64,000 nt of DNA from the human T2T-CHM13v2.0 reference genome, Homo sapiens: the NCBI RefSeq assembly GCF_009914755.1, contig NC_060936.1. One strand, given 5' to 3'. This document shows positions 26,487 through 39,174 of the stretch, one piece after another. Position 1 is the first letter of the stretch. Each line of letters starts with the position of its first letter. Both the position numbers and the translations under genes were made by a program. The notes beneath the pieces are model-generated. The model worked only from the letters and a program-made list of their open reading frames with translations. It ran no database searches and had not been told where the DNA came from.

Positions 26487-28864
26487 TCAACAAAGTTGCC
26501 AGATACAAAATCAACATGCAAAACTCAGTGTCATCTCAATACACTAACAATGAACAATCTCCAAAGGAAACTAAGAAAACAATCCCATTACAACACCATC
26601 AAAAGAAGAAAATTCTCAGGAAAAAGCTTAACCAAGAGGCAAAATACTTGTACACTGAAAACTACAAAACGCTGTTGGAAAAAGTTAAAGAAAACACAAA
26701 TCAATGGAAAGATATGCCATGTTCATGGATTGGAAGACTTGGTAGCATTAAAATGTCCATACTACCCAATGTGATCCACAGATTCAATGCAATCCCTATA
26801 AATGTCCCAGTGGGACTTCTTGCAGAAATAGAAAAATTAGAAAGCATCCTAAAATTCATATGGAATCTTGAAGAACCCTGAATAACTAAAACAATCTGGT
26901 GAAAGAAAACCGAAGATGTGTTACAAAGCTACAGTAATCAAAACAGTATGCATAAAGACAGGCATACAGACCAATGGAACAGAATAGAGAACCCAGAAAT
27001 AAGCCCTCACAGGTATGGTCAAATGAACACTGTGGTGTTCTTCAAAAAATCCCTATGACCCAGCAATCCCACTTCTGGGTATTTATCCAGAAGAACTGAT
27101 CACAGGGTCTCACAGAGATATCTGCATACCCTCGTTCACTGCAACCTTGCTCACCGTAACCAAGAGGTGGAAGCAGCCTAAATGTCCTTTGAAGGGGGAG
27201 TGGCTAGAGAAAGCGTGGGATTGTACACAGCAGAATCCTCTTCAGCCTTCGGGAGGAAGAAAATCCTGCCAGGTGCTACGCCGTGGATGAATCCTGAGGT
27301 TATTATGTTAAGGCAATAAGCCAGTCACAAAAAGATGCACACAAGATGATTCCACTCATGTGAGATTCCTAGAACAGTCAAACTCTTAGAGACAGAAAGA
27401 ATGGCTGTTGCTGTTGCCAGGGACAGTGCGGAGGGGGAAGACGAGTTGCTTAATGGATAGATTCCATTTTGCAAGATGAAAAAGTTCTAGAGATCTCGTG
27501 TGGTTAACACTGCTATATATACACTTAGAAAAAAAGGTGAAGATGATAAATTTTATGTTATGTGTCCTTTATTACAACAATAACAAAAAAAAAAGCAACC
27601 TCCAGAGAAGAAAGTCAGGCAGGAAAGAGGGAGCCGAATCCCATGGCCTGGGAAGATGTCCTGGTGGAGAGGCCCTGCCCCAACCCTGGAATCTCAGCTC
27701 TATGGGCCCTGGAATCCCCCATGACCACCTGAGCCCTGGGGGGGCGGCTCCATCACTGTCACCCAAGGTCTTTAGGATGCACTCGGCCACTCAGACCCTA
27801 CAAGGGAGCCCAGCCCGGACCTTCCACCGGCAAACCCAGTTCCCCTGCTGCCTCCAGCCCTGGCCTCACAGGACCCCAAAGGGCCCCTCCCGTGTGGATC
27901 AAGAGGCCAGCATCTGAGGCTGGTCATGTCATCAATCACTGCTGCAGAGACAGGAGGTGCTGACGAGGGCCATGTGCAAAGACAGAAGAGCTGACGAGGG
28001 CCACTGGGGCCCAGCCTTCCCTTCTCATTAGAGGCCTAATGAGCCGCACACCTTCAGATTCCATTTCAGTGAATTATCAACACCTAATCTGAGGGAATAA
28101 TGGGCAAGACCACCTGCCACACAGTGATTAGATAAACACGCTGAGAGACAGGATGGAAAGAACTCTGCACCAGTGCAGTCCCCAGAGCTGGGATGGCATC
28201 AGAAATGGTGAGAACGGCAGTGGAAATCCTGCCCCTGCCCCACAGGTGCTGGGTGTGGCGTGGAAAGTGGGGGACAGGAGGGTGAGCATCCTAAACACCT
28301 TGTCCCTTCCCTGCTCAAAGCCTCTAAGGTTTCCCTACATATTCAGAACAAAACCTGGGTCTAAGCCTGGGACACAGAGGTATGCACAGGCCCTGCAAGT
28401 TCGGCCACTCTGACGTCCTGAATTGATGTCCCACGCCCCCCTCCAGCAGGTGTCCCTGCTGTGCCTGGAACACATCAAGTTCCCCTGACCTCAGGGCCTT
28501 TGCACCCCCATTCCCACTGCTAGGAAGGCCCTGCTCCGAGTGCTCACACGGCTCCCTCACTTCATCGGGCGTCTGTCCAAATGTCACATCCACATCCCCG
28601 CTCTGAGCGAGAGGTCACTTTACAGAGAGGAACGGAGGATGGAGGGCGGGCACCTGGCTCCTCGCCTCAGCCTCTCCTCCTCGCTGGCTTCAGGCCACAG
28701 CCCGGTCTGAGCTGTCAGCATCCCCCCACCACATGCCAGCCCCCAGATCCTGGGTCTCAGTGAGTCACAGATGCTGTCCTTGCTTTAGATGTAGGGGTCA
28801 CTTGTGGGGAAAGACTGATTTTAATCATGAGGATCATGTTGGGAGAGGCTCACAGTGTGCTGCA

Positions 28865-29107
28865 TGTGGACACCAGGATGAAGGAGGAGGAGGAGGAGGG
28901 GCAGACCCGGGGCCCGTCTCGTGTTCACTCCTGTCAGGGGCTCCCGGGCAGCGTGTGGATGAAGCAGGAGGATGAAGGGCAGACCTGGGACCCGTCTCAT
29001 GTTCACTCCTGTCAGGGGCTCCTGGGCAGCGTGTGGACGCCAAGATGGAGGAGGAGGAGGAGCAGACCCCAGGCCCCTCTCGCGTTCACTCCTGTCAGGG
29101 GCTCCCC
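28865..29107. repeat. Diverged tandem triplication, ~78-87-bp unit
   Basis: gttcactcctgtcaggggctcc occurs three times, each preceded by gtggat/gtggac...ggagga...gcagacc. Confidence 0.85.
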
Positions 29108-29580
29108 AGCCGGAGTGGGGGCAGTGGGTGCTGGGGCTGACCGGTCATGAAACACAGCTGTTGTCATAAATTAAATCCTGTAAACTTACAATGGAATAAA
29201 TTATGTGAAAACGAAGGGAATAAACTCTCACAGTGTCCCTGTGATGACTTCACTACATTCTACCATGGTCTCCGCCCTCAGGGTTCCTTGCATCTGTGGT
29301 GTCTACGTGGTGGAAACGGTGGTGCCAGGCTGCACGTCTCTCCCCAGCTCCGTCCAGAGACCTCCAATGACAGCTTGAACCAGCCACGGCGAGAATACTT
29401 AAACAGTGGCAGTCATCAAACAGTGCAAATGAGGGCCTCATTTATTCTTTTGTTGAGTTCCTATTCTTAAGAAAGTGCAGATTCAGATTAAACGTGTTGT
29501 GTCAGTAGCCAACACACTGTGAGTGGCACAAAAAAATGAGGAAATGTTCTTCCAGTACAGGAAAACCATGAACCAGTTCC

Positions 29581-29898
29581 TTTTTTTTCTTTTCTTTTTT
29601 TCCTTTTTTTTTTTTTTGGAGAGAGAGTCTCGCTCTGTTGCCCAGGCTCAAGTGTGCCGCGGTGCAATCTCAGCTCATTGCAGCCTCAACCTCCTGGGCT
29701 CAAGCAATCCTCCTGCCTCAGCCTCCTGAGTAGGTGGGACTACAGGCACACGTCACCACACCCAGCTAATTTTTTTAATATGTTTTGTAGAGACAGATGA
29801 GATTTTTCAGGGTGACTCACACTCCTGGCATCATGCAGTTCTCCCACTACAGCCTCCTGAAGTGCTGGGATTACTAGCGTGAGCCAGTGCACCTGGCC
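29581..29898 (-). mobile_element. AluJ
   Basis: T tract, ctcattgcagcctcaacctcctgggctcaagcaatcctcc (J diagnostics). Confidence 0.9.
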
Positions 29899-30156
29899 TG
29901 AAAATGATTTTCTGATTAAGTGAGGAAGCTGCCCAGTTTGCTGATAAACACGTGGGGCTCCAGTGTCCACTTCTGTCTGACCTGCGCCAATGCCTGTGAC
30001 ATCCTCTCACTTAGGTCAGTGTCATGAAAATACAGCCCACACGCACGTCAGAACTGCACGCATTTGTCAGTCCTGCGAGTCTCTTGCTGAATCTGACAGT
30101 GACGACGTTTACTCATTGTCTATTTTTGCCAAATCTTGCTTGATTTGCAGCCATAG

Positions 30157-30660
30157 TGTGTCAGCCTGGGTTCCATCAGGAGAGAGAAACCCCACAGTGA
30201 TTTGAACAGGGCAGGTTTTATTTAAAGGTTTGTTCAATTTAACAGAGGACTGCCGTAATGAGGAGTTGAGGATTAAGGAGTACAGAGAACTGCAAAGAAC
30301 ATGAGAGAAGCTCATACAGGCGCCAGCACTGAAGAAGCCACCAGCCCAGCACCACCCTACAAGGGGGCCCAGCCCTGACCTTCTAGCCCAGCCCACTGGA
30401 GCTGGCTTAGCCGCACCTTTTCTCCTGCCAGGCCTCCTCGGCACCCTCTGCTCACTGTGCTCAACACTGCACTGGCTGACATGGGAGAGATGCTGCTGGG
30501 CCCAGATGCATTTCCACCGAGCAGACAACGCAGGGCAGCTTTGGAACCCAGAGGCAATAAATCAATAGCCAGCACCCAGAAGTCAACTATGAATAGAATA
30601 GTTCAGTAAGAATCAGTGAGAACATCCTGCAACAACTGGTTGCAATATGGAATCCACAAT
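30157..30660. mobile_element. Ancient LTR relic (ERVL/MaLR-like)
   Basis: Starts tgtgtcagcctgggttccatcaggagagagaaacc; subfamily uncertain. Confidence 0.35.
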
Positions 30661-31187
30661 AAAGGGCATGGTATATTCCACTATTCAAAATCTGGGTGCT
30701 GCTGAGCCTTTGTATCAGTAAGAATGAAAATCTGTGCACAGGTGCGTGAGTATACACACACACCAAGAGATCCCATTGTTCCGCCTCTGCCAGCACACCA
30801 CTGGTTATGGGGGGAGGTTTCCACACATGTCTGCCATCTTCCTTCTCCCCTCTCCTCCAGCCCCTTCTTTTCTCCCCGTGATTTCTTTGCAGAAGGACGG
30901 GGCTGTGCCATTTGTCCTGTGAGTCCCGTGTCCAGATGGTGCTGATCACATCCCCAGGCGTCCTTGGAGATGCTGCTCCCTTCCCTGCATTTCATGTAAG
31001 TTCTGGGGTTAGAACCAGCAGCTTGATTTGATGACATTTCCCTGTAGTTTGCTAGGAAGGTGTGTCATTCATCAGGGACACAGAGCACCCAGGACCCTCA
31101 CTCCCAGGGTCGATGAAACAATCTGGTTCTGTGTGAAGAGCCCATTGTTGGTCCCCCATCCTCGGGCCTGGGCACGTCCCACAGAGC

Positions 31188-31345
31188 AGAGAGGACGGGG
31201 CCTCCCCTGGGCTCTGACGTCCAAGGAGAGAGGACGGGGCCTCCCCTGGGCTCTGACATCCGAGGAGAGAGGACGGGGCCTCCCCTGGGTTCAGGCATCC
31301 GAGGAGAGAGGATGGGGCCTCCCCTGGGCTCTGACGTCCAGGAGG
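31188..31345. repeat. 39-bp tandem repeat, 4 copies
   Basis: gagaggacggggcctcccctgggctctgacgtccaagga; gives the 13-aa repeat in ORF 31028-31396. Confidence 0.9.
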
Positions 31346-32085
31346 GGCTCCCACCCCGAGATGCCTCTGATCCCTTCCAGAGGGAGGGGTGAGTAGATGC
31401 GGAATAACGGCCTGGGCTCTGTTTCCACTTTGAGTTCCTGACGAAGGGTCTCTGCACCCCCTAAGCTCTAACTTAACTGGTCCCTCCTAACTTTCCCTTG
31501 AGGAACAGTAAGTCAGTGACCCAAGCACATTCTGTTTCTAGTGGTGAGTGGAGGGTCCTGCAAGGTGCTGATGAGTCCCTCAGCGAGGCAGGTGTGGGCT
31601 GGATTTGCAGGGGCAAGAGCTTTTCCCTCACAATCCATGGAGGCTGAGTCCACGGTGGCCATCCAGCCCCTTGCCCCTGCAGGGAGCCAGGCCCCGAGGC
31701 TGATTCCTGCTGACCCCTGACTAGAAGACTCTCAGCCTGTGGTCTCCACCTGATCCTTCTGGAGGAAACCCTGGAGCTCTGGTTTCCAGTTCAAGCACCC
31801 CGTCCTCACCCCACATGCATCCTTTCCCACATCTGTCCCACGGGGGATTTTGATGCCTCTCCTCTCTAATGCCACCAGCCTCAGTGACCAATCGTCCACC
31901 CCCATGGGTGCAGGGGACACTGGATCCCTGGTGTCACAGGAGCTTCTCATCATCCCCCACTGCCTCCCTTTCCGGCAGCAGATACGGGGTCTGCACGGCC
32001 CTGCAGAGGGGTTGAGTGAGTGTAGTCATGGATTTGGGAACCCTGAAGGGAGAATGTCATTGTCCTAAGGCTGGGAGACAGGCTG

Positions 32086-32830
32086 GGTGTGCAGGTGTGC
32101 ATGCGGCATGTGTGTGTACAGGTGTTCATATAGCTGTGATGTGGGCGTGTGTGTGCAGGTGTGTGTGCAGGTGTGTGTGCAGGTGTGTGCAGGTGTGTGT
32201 GCAGGTGTGCACATGCATGTGTGTGGAGCTGAGTGGATGTTAGTGTGCGTGTGTATCTGTGTATCCATGTGGGTGTGTGGATGTTGTGTGCGTCTAGTAT
32301 GCATGAATGTGCAGACGTGTTTTCATGTGCATATGTGTGTATGTGTGCATGGATGTGTTTTTGGTTGTGTGTATATGTGTGTACATGTGTTCTGTGCAGG
32401 TGTGTATTTGAGAATGTGCGTACACACAGGTATATGGGATGTATGGATATGAGTGTGCATGTGTGCATATGTGTGTACGTGTGTGTTATGAGTATTTGAG
32501 CATGCATGTGCACACGGGTACGTGGGATGTAGAGATGTGTGTATATGTGTACACATGTGCTATGTTTGGGTGTACTTAAGCATGCATGTGCACACATGTA
32601 CATGGGGTGTGTGGATATGAGTGTATGTATATGTGTGTACATTGCTCTGTGCAGGTGCATTGAGCATGTGTGCATAAGTGTGCGCACATGTCTGGGATGT
32701 GTGAGTGTGAGTGCACGTGTGTCTATGTGTGTGCATGGCATGTGTGTGGTGTACATCCGTGTGGGTGTGTAGCTGTGTGCAGGTTTGTGCAGATGTGTGT
32801 TTCAGTGTGTGCGTGTGTGCACATGTGCAT
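32086..32830. repeat. (TG)/(CATG)-rich low-complexity repeat
   Basis: gtgtgtgcaggtgtgtgtgcag... and gtgtgcatatgtgtgt runs. Confidence 0.9.
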
Positions 32831-34606
32831 TTTGTTTAAAACTCAGGGGGAACCTGTGGTGAGAGGCGTCCCCACAGCAGGCCGCTCCCCACTGAGCTTA
32901 TTCCAGAGGCCGTAGGCCTCTCGCTGGGGGAGGGGGGCTCAGGGCCTCGGTGGCAGAGGCCCAGGTCACATCAGGGTCACAGCACCAATGGGGCTGGGTG
33001 GATGTGGCTGCCAGTCCAGCTTGTGGGAGCTGGGTCACTGGGGAGCAGCCCCCAGCCTTGACTCTGACAGCAGACTGTGGCCGGGTGCACCCAGGGCTGC
33101 CGGGACTTCTGGTTCTCCAGGATGAGGTGGAAATCCAGGTTTTACCTGAAACATCCCAACTTTGAACTATTGGCAACAGACTCAGAATTTCACAGGATGC
33201 CATATGGACTACATGGAGCATCCCAGGCTGGATGGAGCCCCCGACCCACTGGCTATCTCAGGAGCCATCCATGCTCAGGGTTTTAAGCGCTTTTTCTCAT
33301 TTTGTGCTCTCCTGGGAGGTGCAATTTAGAGGTGATGGAACCCATTGGAAGGGCTGACCTTGGGGGATTGGCCCAAGGTCACCCGGGCTCAGGGGCGGGG
33401 CCAGGATGGACTCTCCTGGACTTTGTGCTGTAGCCCCCCAGCACCTGTACTTCACTGCCTCCCTGTCTATTAATTCATAATGCTAATAATTATTAGCTTT
33501 GTCATCATCATCATTGGACGCCAGTCCAGCGCTGCTTCTGGCTGGAAGGTCTGAGGCTGTGTAGGGAGGAGGGAGAGGCCTCTGTCTTCCTCCCTTCCCC
33601 ACCCGCCTCCCCTGGAGAGCAGGGAACGGAACAAAGCATCCCTGGGACCGGCTTGCACCTGCTCAGAAGGTGAGGATGAGCTTAAAGCTTTCCTTGAGGA
33701 GATTGAACCCGAGCTTGTCCTGCCGCGGTCACTGTGGGGACCCTGCTGTCCACACCTCTGGGGACCCGTCCACGCAGGCATCTTTCTCTCTGTTCCGGGG
33801 GGCTGACACCCTGGGCCTCTCCTCTGGGGTCTCTCACCACTTGGAGGAGAGATGGGCTCGCCGCAAGCTCCCATCGGCCGCTGCTGTTGCTGGGCTGCCT
33901 GTGCCTTCCCTTTGAAGCTACAATTCACATTCATGGTATCTGTGTACATTCCTGGTTCCAATGTCTTCTGCAGAAATTCCCCGCCCTATAGTCTCCCTGC
34001 CTTGCTATGCTCTATTAGTGATCACCCACCATGACGGTGACAGGTTGCATTAAAGTCATGAAGAGCAGAGCTCCCTGTGAGTGGGTCCAGGATGCTCCAC
34101 TTGGCTGGTGGATGGAGCAGCCGCAGGGCAGGACTTCTGGGGACAGCTGTCTCTTTTCTCAGGTCCTGGCTCAGCCTGGCTGCTGGGTGCCCCGTTTCTG
34201 GACTAAACTTACCATGCGAGTCCCTAAAGGGCCTCTTCCAGGACTGTCCCAGATGAGAAGACCTCCTGGGCCCCTCCTCCCTCTCCCCAGGGCGACTGTG
34301 AGCTCCGTGGGGCCCAGGACGGCCCCACAGATTTCCCTGCAGAGAACTGGGCAGAGGCTGACCTCCGCAGGCACCCTGGGCCCCGACCATTTGACGCTGC
34401 TCGCTCTTCTCCAGACGCTCATCCGACCTGAAGTCACAGGTGCTGGTGCCATGGCGACAGGTGCATAGTAACCCACACATTCTCCAGGCCAGGGCAGATG
34501 GGTTTATTGCTCTTAGGCTGGGTTAGTGATGGCTGCACCCGGGACAGTCACAGTCGAAGCCGCCTGGAACACAGGGCCTGACCACCCAGGAGCAGCCACA
34601 GGAAGA

Positions 34607-34722
34607 CAGAAGACACGTGGTCACACATGAGGACACAATGGCACCCGTGCCCCAAGCTCTGCACAGAGGACACTTGGTCACACGTGGGAACAGGATGGCA
34701 CCCACACCCCGAGCTCTGTGCC
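34607..34722. repeat. 57-bp tandem duplication
   Basis: gacacgtggtcacac at 34612 and gacacttggtcacac at 34669, each followed by atggcaccc...gctctg. Confidence 0.75.
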
Positions 34723-35619
34723 CTGATCACTGTCACCTCCCAGGCACTGCCTCACTGAGGACAACGGACTGGCCCGTGTGGCTGGCGGCCGGCACGTAGG
34801 CTAGGTCAGATGAGAGCCACCCTGGGACCCAAACCCCCACAGGCCCCCAGACCCAATCCCCGATCACACAGAACAAGCCACTAAGCGTGTGTCCCAGATG
34901 AGCCAACCGTGCTCTCCGCACTCGGGATGTGGCTGCCCCGCAGGGGTGGGTCCCAGGGGCTGACTTGAGTTGACCAGATGGACTCTGGAGCAGGGCAGCA
35001 GCTCCGCTCTGGATGGAGTTCAGGGTTTGGTTGGAAGAAGCTGGAGCCAAGAGATGACACTGGGAAGGGGGCTCCTGGGAGGGGCCGATGAGAGGGAGAG
35101 AAGCGGGAGGACATGTATCGCTGGGGTCCAGGAGCAGGGTCCTCACGGGACGCGGGCAGCCAGGAGCAGGAGGTGGGGTGGCGGCTGAGGGGTGTCTGCT
35201 GTGGATGATGGGGGCCCAGGGAGGAAGGAGGGAAACGTGGAGGGAATCGGAGGACAGTGTTGAACCCTGAGCACGGGGTGGAGGCCAGGGAGGGGCAGGA
35301 GAGATGGGTCTCATGGGAGGAAAAAGGAAAGGGGAGGGGGAGGTGCGGGGTCTGGACTGTGGGACGTGGGCTGAGGGGCGGGAGCGTAGGGAGGGGACGC
35401 AGGGGTGCCTGACCTTCAGCTCCGTCCCTTGACCTGGCCGGGTGACGGGGCTCCAGAACCCAGAATCCACCTCCTGGGTGTGTCTCAGGGTAGCTTTGCA
35501 GCAGCAGGAGAGATTTAGGATCAGGTAAAAGGGTAGATTCACAGCGGGGCTTCAAAATAATCAATAAAAACATCCTCAGTGGCATTAACAACAGTACCCA
35601 ACCCTACGTGGTTGTATTA

Positions 35620-35825
35620 TATCAATATTACTCATGATCGACAGCCGTGATGCGTCCACGCCATCTTCACAGGACTGCCTCATTTGCCCTCACAAGGCGA
35701 TCGTGTCAATACGACAGTTATCTGCATTTTACAGGTGGGTAAACTGAGGCCTGAGCCGCACGGTTGTGAGTGTGGAATCCAGGCGCCGGCCTGCCCGACC
35801 TGGAGTTGAGCTCTTGCCTCTGACT
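35620..35825 (-). mobile_element. MIR
   Basis: cattttacaggtgggtaaactgaggc MIR core motif. Confidence 0.7.
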
Positions 35826-36807
35826 GTTCCCAGGTTGGGGAGTCCTGCCCGCCTCTCCCAGGAAGCTCCAGCGCCCCCTTCCCTGAATCCCAGCCTGCAG
35901 AGCTTCTCTTCCAGACGCAGGTGCCACCGTTCGCGATGCTGGGAGCAGAGCCGCCCTGGTCGATGTCGGGAAAACCTCTCCGTCTTGGTCTGTCTGCACG
36001 CTCTCAGTCACAAGCAGGAAAACAGCCTCAGCATTAATCCTGGGCAATAAATTGCGGTAGACGCACTGCAGGAAAAATCAGGGCCTGCCCCGTCTCAGCT
36101 CTGGGATTGGGGTCCTGAGTGATGGAGCAGACGGAAGCCCCCTCGGGAGTCCAGCGGCCCGGGTCGTTACTCTAGGACTAAAGTCCTCACGGATGAAAAG
36201 GCTTAATTTTTCACTCAGGTGTGAAACAGACCAGGGCTTTCAGCCCTTCTTCTGCTGCATGTGCATGACGGATGCCGGTCAAGTGTGCGGCAGACACACT
36301 CCTGGGGGCTGATGCGGACTCGACAAGCCCAGAAAGGTTCCACCGGGGAGTGAATAGAGACGGCAGCCCCTGAACACCAGGATGGACGGCTCTGCTGTGA
36401 AGGACTCACCACCCGGACACGAGGCTCCTCCCCAGCCCCTCCCCTGCCTCCCCTGGTGCTCTTGGCTCTCCCTGTGGGCTGCCCCTCCCCACATTCTGTC
36501 CCTTTGGGCCAGGTGGGGCCCTCGCCTTTTTGTACACGTAAATCACGTGATGGGGCCCACATAGTAAACAGACATCCTCCCTAGGACAGCACTCTGTGGG
36601 GTATGGGTCACATGACCTCATCAGGGCCCATCGGAGCAAGATCAGGACCACTGCAGAAGCTACTGGGGAAGGACTGTGCTCTTTCTTAAGCACAAGTGAG
36701 CTGGGAGGTGCTGCAGCATTGATGGGGTCACAGCCAGAGGGGATTCCGGGGCTCCCAGGGGACAGCATGTGGGGCCTGAGATGGAAGCAGCACAGGAGGG
36801 AAGAGCT

Positions 36808-37049
36808 GAGAGCCAGAGAGAGAGAGAGCAGGAGAGAGCACGGCGGAGAGAGAGAGAGAGCCAGAGAAAGAGAGAGGAGAGAGGAGAGAGCAGGGGAAAG
36901 AGAGAAGGAGAGAGGTGAGAGCAGGGGAGAAATAGGAAAAAAGAGAGCAGGAGAGAGCCGGGAAGAGAGAGAGAGAGAGAGAGACCAGGAGAGAGAAAGA
37001 GAGCAGGGGAGAGACAGAGAGAGAGAGATGGAGTGAGAGAGAGAGAGAA
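36808..37049. repeat. GA-rich polypurine repeat inside an LTR-like relic
   Basis: gagagagagagcaggagagag... ~240 bp. Confidence 0.9.
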
Positions 37050-38084
37050 CGTCCTGGAGATGTCTCTAGAGGCCAGAACACAGCCATACCTGAAACCAGC
37101 TAGAATAACCTAGATTTCTTCACTATGTGAGCCAACACATTCCCGGGCATCTGCTGATTGGCATCAGGGTTTCTGATGCTCCACAGAGAACTGCCCCCAG
37201 CTGTTTGCCCTCTCCTGACTGTGGACAGCTGAGCTGGGCATTTGTCCTGCCAGCTGTGACCCCAGACCCTCCTATCTGGTGACACAGCGCGTCTGAATGT
37301 AGCAAGGGTGAAGTCACCTACCGTCAATTACTCTAATGACCTTTTATGTATTAAAAAGTAAAACATTCCCAATCTGTGGCACTTGGGTATTTAGGAAAAC
37401 ATTACTTGTCACACCACAGAAAACCGTGGTGACACAAAGGTGTGCTTCAGCGCCATGGAGAAGAGCAGAGCGAACCTGGCTCTAGTGCTGGGCTCTGGCG
37501 CTGCCGTGAGCACGTGCTCACCACACGTCCTTGTCGTCTTCTCCGGGGAGAGCCCTGACTTATCCGAGGCAGCCACATGCCCTTCTATCCTGCTGGTTAG
37601 GACATAAATGTCCCTGCTGCACCCGGGGCTGCCTCTGTGGTGACGATGATGCCGAACCTCGGGTGGGGGAGGGAGGCTCAGAAGGGCCTGTGTCCCGAAG
37701 CCTGGACCTCCCGGCGCCCTGCCTGTGGGTTAGTTTCTGCATTAGTTGCTGATGTCCGTCTCTGGCACTTCCCACCAAGAGCCTGAACCCACACACCTGG
37801 GCTCAGTCCCCGAGACACGGGCCACGCGGCACCTGCTAGGGCTTCTGTGTTGAGATGGTTGCAGTGGACACCAGGAGAGTCGTGGGTGACAGTCGAGAAA
37901 CTGCCCAAGAACAATCGCTCAATCCCGCTGGTTTAATCACACACTAAAAGCCTAGTCATTGAAAGAGGGTGACATCAGGTGGGGGTTCCCCTCCCCTCCC
38001 TGGGAAGGGAGCGCGGAGCTCACTTGTGGGTGCTGGATCCTCACGGCCTCCTCTGCTTCTAAAGGACGGGGGAGGCAGGAGAAC

Positions 38085-38290
38085 AGGTGGGGCCCAGACT
38101 GGGGCGGGAGGAAGGTGGAGCAACCCCATGGCCTCCAGGGGACGGGGCGGGGAAGAGGTGGGGCCCAGACTGGGGCGGGAGGAAGGTGGAGCAACCCCAT
38201 GGCCTCCAGGGGATGGGGCAGGGAAGAGGTGGGGCCCAGACTGGGGGATGAGGAAGGTGGAGCAACTCCATGGCCTCCAGGGGGGATGGG
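38085..38290. repeat. 71-bp G-rich tandem repeat, ~3 copies
   Basis: aggtggggcccagactggggcgggaggaaggtggagcaaccccatggcctccagggg starting at 38085, 38156 and 38227. Confidence 0.9.
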
Positions 38291-38569
38291 CAGGTGGCTC
38301 TGGGATCCCCCCTCCCCCAGGCAGCCACTGGACTAATGCAGGGGAGGGGAAGGGAAGGGAAGGGAGGGGAGGGGAGGGGAGGGGAGGCCAGGCTCTGCCC
38401 CAGGAGGCGACGGGGGGTCAGGACCAGATGTGGAGGGAGCCCCAGGAGGGAAGCGCTCAGCCCCAGCGAGGCTGGGAGTGTCCTTGTCGTCTGTAACCGA
38501 GTTCCTTGTCATCCAGCATCCAGCACGTCTGGGCTAGGGCACCCTTGACTGCACGTGACAGAACCACAT

Positions 38570-39174
38570 GGGGTGTTGTGTTGTGGTGCTGCTGTCATGG
38601 CGTTGTGGTGTGCTGTGTGGTTGATGCTGTGTTGTTATGTTGTGGTGTGGTGTGTGGTGGCGTTTTGAGTTATATTGTTGGTGTGGTGAAGTGGTGTGTG
38701 GTGTATATTGTTGATGTTGATGTGTTACATTGTGGTGTGCTGTGTGGTTGATGCTGTGTTGTGATGTCATGGTGTGGTGTGTGGGGGTGTTTTGAGTTAT
38801 GTTGTTGGTGTGGTGATGTGGTGTGTGGTGTATATTGTTGATGTTGTGTTACATTGTGGTGTGCTGTGTGGTTGATGCTGTGTTGTGATGTCATGGTGTG
38901 GTGTGTGGGGGTGTTTTGAGTTATGTTGTTGGTGTGGTGATGTGGTGTGTGGTGTATATTGTTGATGTTGATGTTGTGTTACGTTGTAGTGTGCTGTGGT
39001 GTGTGGTGCTGTTTTGGGGTTTTCATGGTGTGGTGTGTGGTGTGTATGGTTGTATATGTTCTTGCTGTTGTATTGTGGTGTTGTGTTATCTTGTTGAGGC
39101 AGTGCTGTTGATGGTGTGGTGTGCGGTGTTGTTTTGTGTTATGTTGTGGTGTGGTGCTGGTGTTGTGTGGTTGT
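38570..39174. repeat. (GTT/GTG/TG)-rich low-complexity tract with ~124-bp higher-order repeats
   Basis: Block gtgctgtgtggttgatgctgtgtt...gttttgagttat recurs ~3 times. Confidence 0.85.

Noticed and set aside
26516-26881. Active L1 ORF2
   Set aside because: Short remnant; the surrounding ORF2 has stops, frameshifts and no RT core.
31950-32756. 268-aa His/Thr-rich ORF
   Set aside because: Translation of (CA)-rich low-complexity sequence.
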